NCBI GenBank assembly: GCA_964385615.1
Contig: CAYLPP010000008.1
Coordinates: 31,150 to 95,149 of the forward strand
Direction of reading: 5' to 3'
DNA from: an uncultured bacterium
GTDB lineage: Bacteria > Omnitrophota > Omnitrophia > Omnitrophales > Aquincolibacteriaceae
Length of the DNA stretch: 64,000 nt
Shown: positions 62,220 to 64,000 of the stretch, piece after piece
How the letters are laid out: every line of letters starts with the position of its first letter
Numbering within the stretch: position 1 is the stretch's first letter
The notes under the pieces: generated by a model
The model's database searches: none
The model's input: the letters and a program-made list of their open reading frames with translations, nothing else
What the model was told of the DNA's origin: nothing
Program-made: the position numbers and the translations under genes

Positions 62220-62764
62220 ACCCGAAAGTTATTTTTGACAAGCTTAAACCCCGGGAAAAGAAAATCCTGTACGTGGTTCTCGCGCTCTTGGTGCTTTTGC
62301 TTGGTTATCATGGTGTCTGGACGCCGATGACCGAAAAGATCGGCACGCTGGATGATGAGATTTTTACGATGGAGATGAAACTGCGTAAAGCCAAAATCCT
62401 GATCCGCCAATCGGCTGAGGTCCGGGCGGAGACCGAAAAGTACGTGAATTTAGATCAGCTTAACGCGGTTTCTGACGAAGAAGAAACCGCCAGGCTTCTG
62501 AGCCTTATTGAAGAAACAGCGCGTAAAACCGGATGCTCACTTTCAGATGTGAAGCCGGAGGCCGTCAAGACCGATAAATGGACCAAGCGTTTTCAGGTTG
62601 AGCTTTACACGGAATCCAGCATGGAACAGCTGATTTCTTTTGTTTATGAGCTGGAACATTCGCCTCAGATTTTAAAAATCGAACGGGTTACGGCGTCGCC
62701 GAAAGAAGAAAAGTCGCCCACCCTTCGATCTCAGCTGACAGTCGTCAGAACAGTTACAACATGA
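62216..62764 (+). CDS. GspM / PilO-like bitopic membrane protein
   Basis: It has a short cytoplasmic N-terminus, a TM (ILYVVLALLVLLLGY), a coiled-coil and a periplasmic alpha/beta domain. It is 182 aa and overlaps the preceding gene by 4 nt. Confidence 0.6.
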   Translation: MNPKVIFDKLKPREKKILYVVLALLVLLLGYHGVWTPMTEKIGTLDDEIFTMEMKLRKAKILIRQSAEVRAETEKYVNLDQLNAVSDEEETARLLSLIEETARKTGCSLSDVKPEAVKTDKWTKRFQVELYTESSMEQLISFVYELEHSPQILKIERVTASPKEEKSPTLRSQLTVVRTVTT

Positions 62765-62780
62765 TTAACCGGAGGTTTTT

Positions 62781-63218
62781 ATGACAGCAATGTTTACAGA
62801 CAGAAATCGCCAGAGAGGGTTTACCCTGATTGAGATTCTCCTGGTCGTGATTATTATCGGGATTCTGGTTTCCCTGGTTGCGCCTCGTCTGGCCGGGCGT
62901 TCTGAAGAAGCCCGTAAACAGGCGGCCAAAGCGGATATCGACGGAGGTATCGCGCTGGCAGTGGATATGTATGAAGTCGACAATGGCCGGTACCCGTCTC
63001 AGCTTGAAGACCTGATTGCTAAACCCGGTGACGCCCCCAACTGGAAAGGCCCTTATATGAAAAAAGGCGTTCCCAAGGATCCCTGGGGAAGCGGCTACAT
63101 TTACCGCCGTCCCGGCAATCACAATACGGAAAGCTATGATCTGTCTTCTCCCGGTCCCGATAAGCAGGCGGGCGGGGAAGATGACATTGTCAACTGGGCA
63201 GGAACCGGTAAAAGCTGA
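62781..63218 (+). CDS. gspG: Major pseudopilin GspG
   Basis: It aligns near end-to-end with canonical GspG: RGFTLIEILLVVIIIGILVSLVAPRL...AKADIDGGIALAVDMYEVDNGRYPSQLEDLI...PKDPWGSGYIYRRPG...GPDKQAGGEDDIVNW. Confidence 0.9.
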   Translation: MTAMFTDRNRQRGFTLIEILLVVIIIGILVSLVAPRLAGRSEEARKQAAKADIDGGIALAVDMYEVDNGRYPSQLEDLIAKPGDAPNWKGPYMKKGVPKDPWGSGYIYRRPGNHNTESYDLSSPGPDKQAGGEDDIVNWAGTGKS

Positions 63219-63219
63219 C

Positions 63220-63597
63220 ATGACACCTAAAACTGTGCTGGTGATTGATGATGAAGTGCTGATCGGCGAGCTTGTCTGCGATTATCTTGCGTCTCTGGGG
63301 TTTAAGGCTTTTGCCGCTCAATCCGCGGTGGAAGGAATCAGTTTAGTTAAAAAAGAAAAACCGGATCTGATTCTTCTGGACGTTCTGATGCCTCAGGTTG
63401 GCGGGATCGAATGTTTGAAGGAAATTAAAATTGAACGTCCGGAGAGTATTGTGGTGATGGTGACGGCGGTTCATGATGAGAACACGGCCAAGCAGGCGAT
63501 CACAAGCGGGGCTTACGATTACATCACGAAGCCGATTGATTTTCAGTATTTAAAAGAAAACGTTCTCGCCCGGGTTTTCCCGGATTTTATTCCCTAA
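63220..63597 (+). CDS. Single-domain response regulator (CheY-like REC only)
   Basis: VLVIDDEVLIGELV...PDLILLDVLMPQVGGIECL...VVMVTAVHDE...YITKP carries the acid pocket DD, the phospho-acceptor D in LLDVLMP, and T/K. The ORF-track version from 63136 overlaps gspG, so the ATG at 63220 is preferred. Confidence 0.8.
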   Translation: MTPKTVLVIDDEVLIGELVCDYLASLGFKAFAAQSAVEGISLVKKEKPDLILLDVLMPQVGGIECLKEIKIERPESIVVMVTAVHDENTAKQAITSGAYDYITKPIDFQYLKENVLARVFPDFIP

Positions 63598-63599
63598 GC

Positions 63600-64000
63600 T
63601 TACCGGCTTCGGACCATATCCGAAGCTTCACCGTAAGTTTTTCCGTCATTCATCAGCGTCAGAATCAATTCTTCAGGGCTTCCTGCCTCAGCCAGCATTC
63701 TGCGGGCATCCGCCCGGGTATAACCGTCTTGAATCAGCCGGCTGAACAGCAGGGTCTTGTTATTTTCAAAATCCTGCTGGTCTTTGGCCTTGCCGGTATT
63801 CTCGCCGAAGTAGAAAGGATTATTGGCAAGAGAAGGCAGGGCATCAGAATTTTCCGGGGCGGGAGCCGGTTTTCCAGCCTGAGCCGGTTCTTCCTCCGCT
63901 TTTCTTCTTTCGATTTCCTGTTTCTCTTTTTCTTCCTGAAGTCTTTTTTGAAAAGCCTCTTCAGAGCCGTTGACGAAGCCGTCAACGAGCGGGGGATTTT
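63600..64000 (-). CDS. C-terminal 133 codons of a minus-strand hypothetical protein (5' part beyond the window end)
   Basis: By manual translation of the reverse complement, 133 stop-free codons end in TAA (plus-strand tta at 63600-63602). The sequence is ...EEKEKQEIERRKAEEEPAQAGKPAPAPENSDALPSLANNPFYFGENTGKAKDQQDFENNKTLLFSRLIQDGYTRADARRMLAEAGSPEELILTLMNDGKTYGEASDMVRSR*. It is convergent with the response regulator gene, 2 nt apart. Confidence 0.5.
   Translation of the reverse strand, partial: NPPLVDGFVNGSEEAFQKRLQEEKEKQEIERRKAEEEPAQAGKPAPAPENSDALPSLANNPFYFGENTGKAKDQQDFENNKTLLFSRLIQDGYTRADARRMLAEAGSPEELILTLMNDGKTYGEASDMVRSR

Noticed and set aside
63734-63985. 83-aa minus-strand ORF from the six-frame track (MTASSTALKRLFKKDFRKKKRNRK...)
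   Set aside because: This is the wrong frame. The adjacent frame is open for all 133 codons to the window edge, ends 2 nt after the converging response regulator gene, and gives a more protein-like sequence. The track ORF is a frame-shifted low-complexity shadow of it.

Overview
All 30 supported genes but one are on the + strand; the exception is a C-terminal fragment running off the 3' end on the - strand. About 39 kb (61%) of the window is two adjacent giant secreted proteins. The first (2862..19130, 5,422 aa) has a signal peptide, four LamG/concanavalin-A-like lectin domains, 40 tandem ~90-aa beta-sandwich repeats, and a unique ~480-aa C-terminal module. The second (24436..47073, 7,545 aa) has a signal peptide, an internally duplicated N-terminal domain, ~65 tandem ~98-aa Ser/Thr-rich repeats including a 7-unit higher-order repeat (period 2,058 nt, 5 copies), and a C-terminal module paralogous to that of the first. 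This giant-gene island sits inside a split type II secretion / type IV pilus-like cluster. A PilP/GspC-like fragment, a secretin and a TPR protein lie upstream. GspE (preceded by a stand-alone MshEN-like c-di-GMP-binding domain protein), GspF, three minor pseudopilins, GspL-like, GspM-like, GspG and a REC-only response regulator lie downstream. Also embedded are a PQQ beta-propeller protein, a class-A beta-lactamase-fold serine hydrolase, a GT-C (TMTC/PMT-like) membrane glycosyltransferase, and several small secreted or membrane hypothetical proteins. An atypical F-type ATPase gene set has the order epsilon (truncated), c, b-delta fusion, alpha, gamma, a PAS sensor histidine kinase, then beta, with beta translationally coupled to the kinase. 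No a-subunit gene is present in the window. No tRNA, rRNA, CRISPR, transposase or integrase was recognised. The architecture resembles giant-gene loci of uncultivated lineages (for example Omnitrophota). Taxonomy cannot be established from sequence alone.
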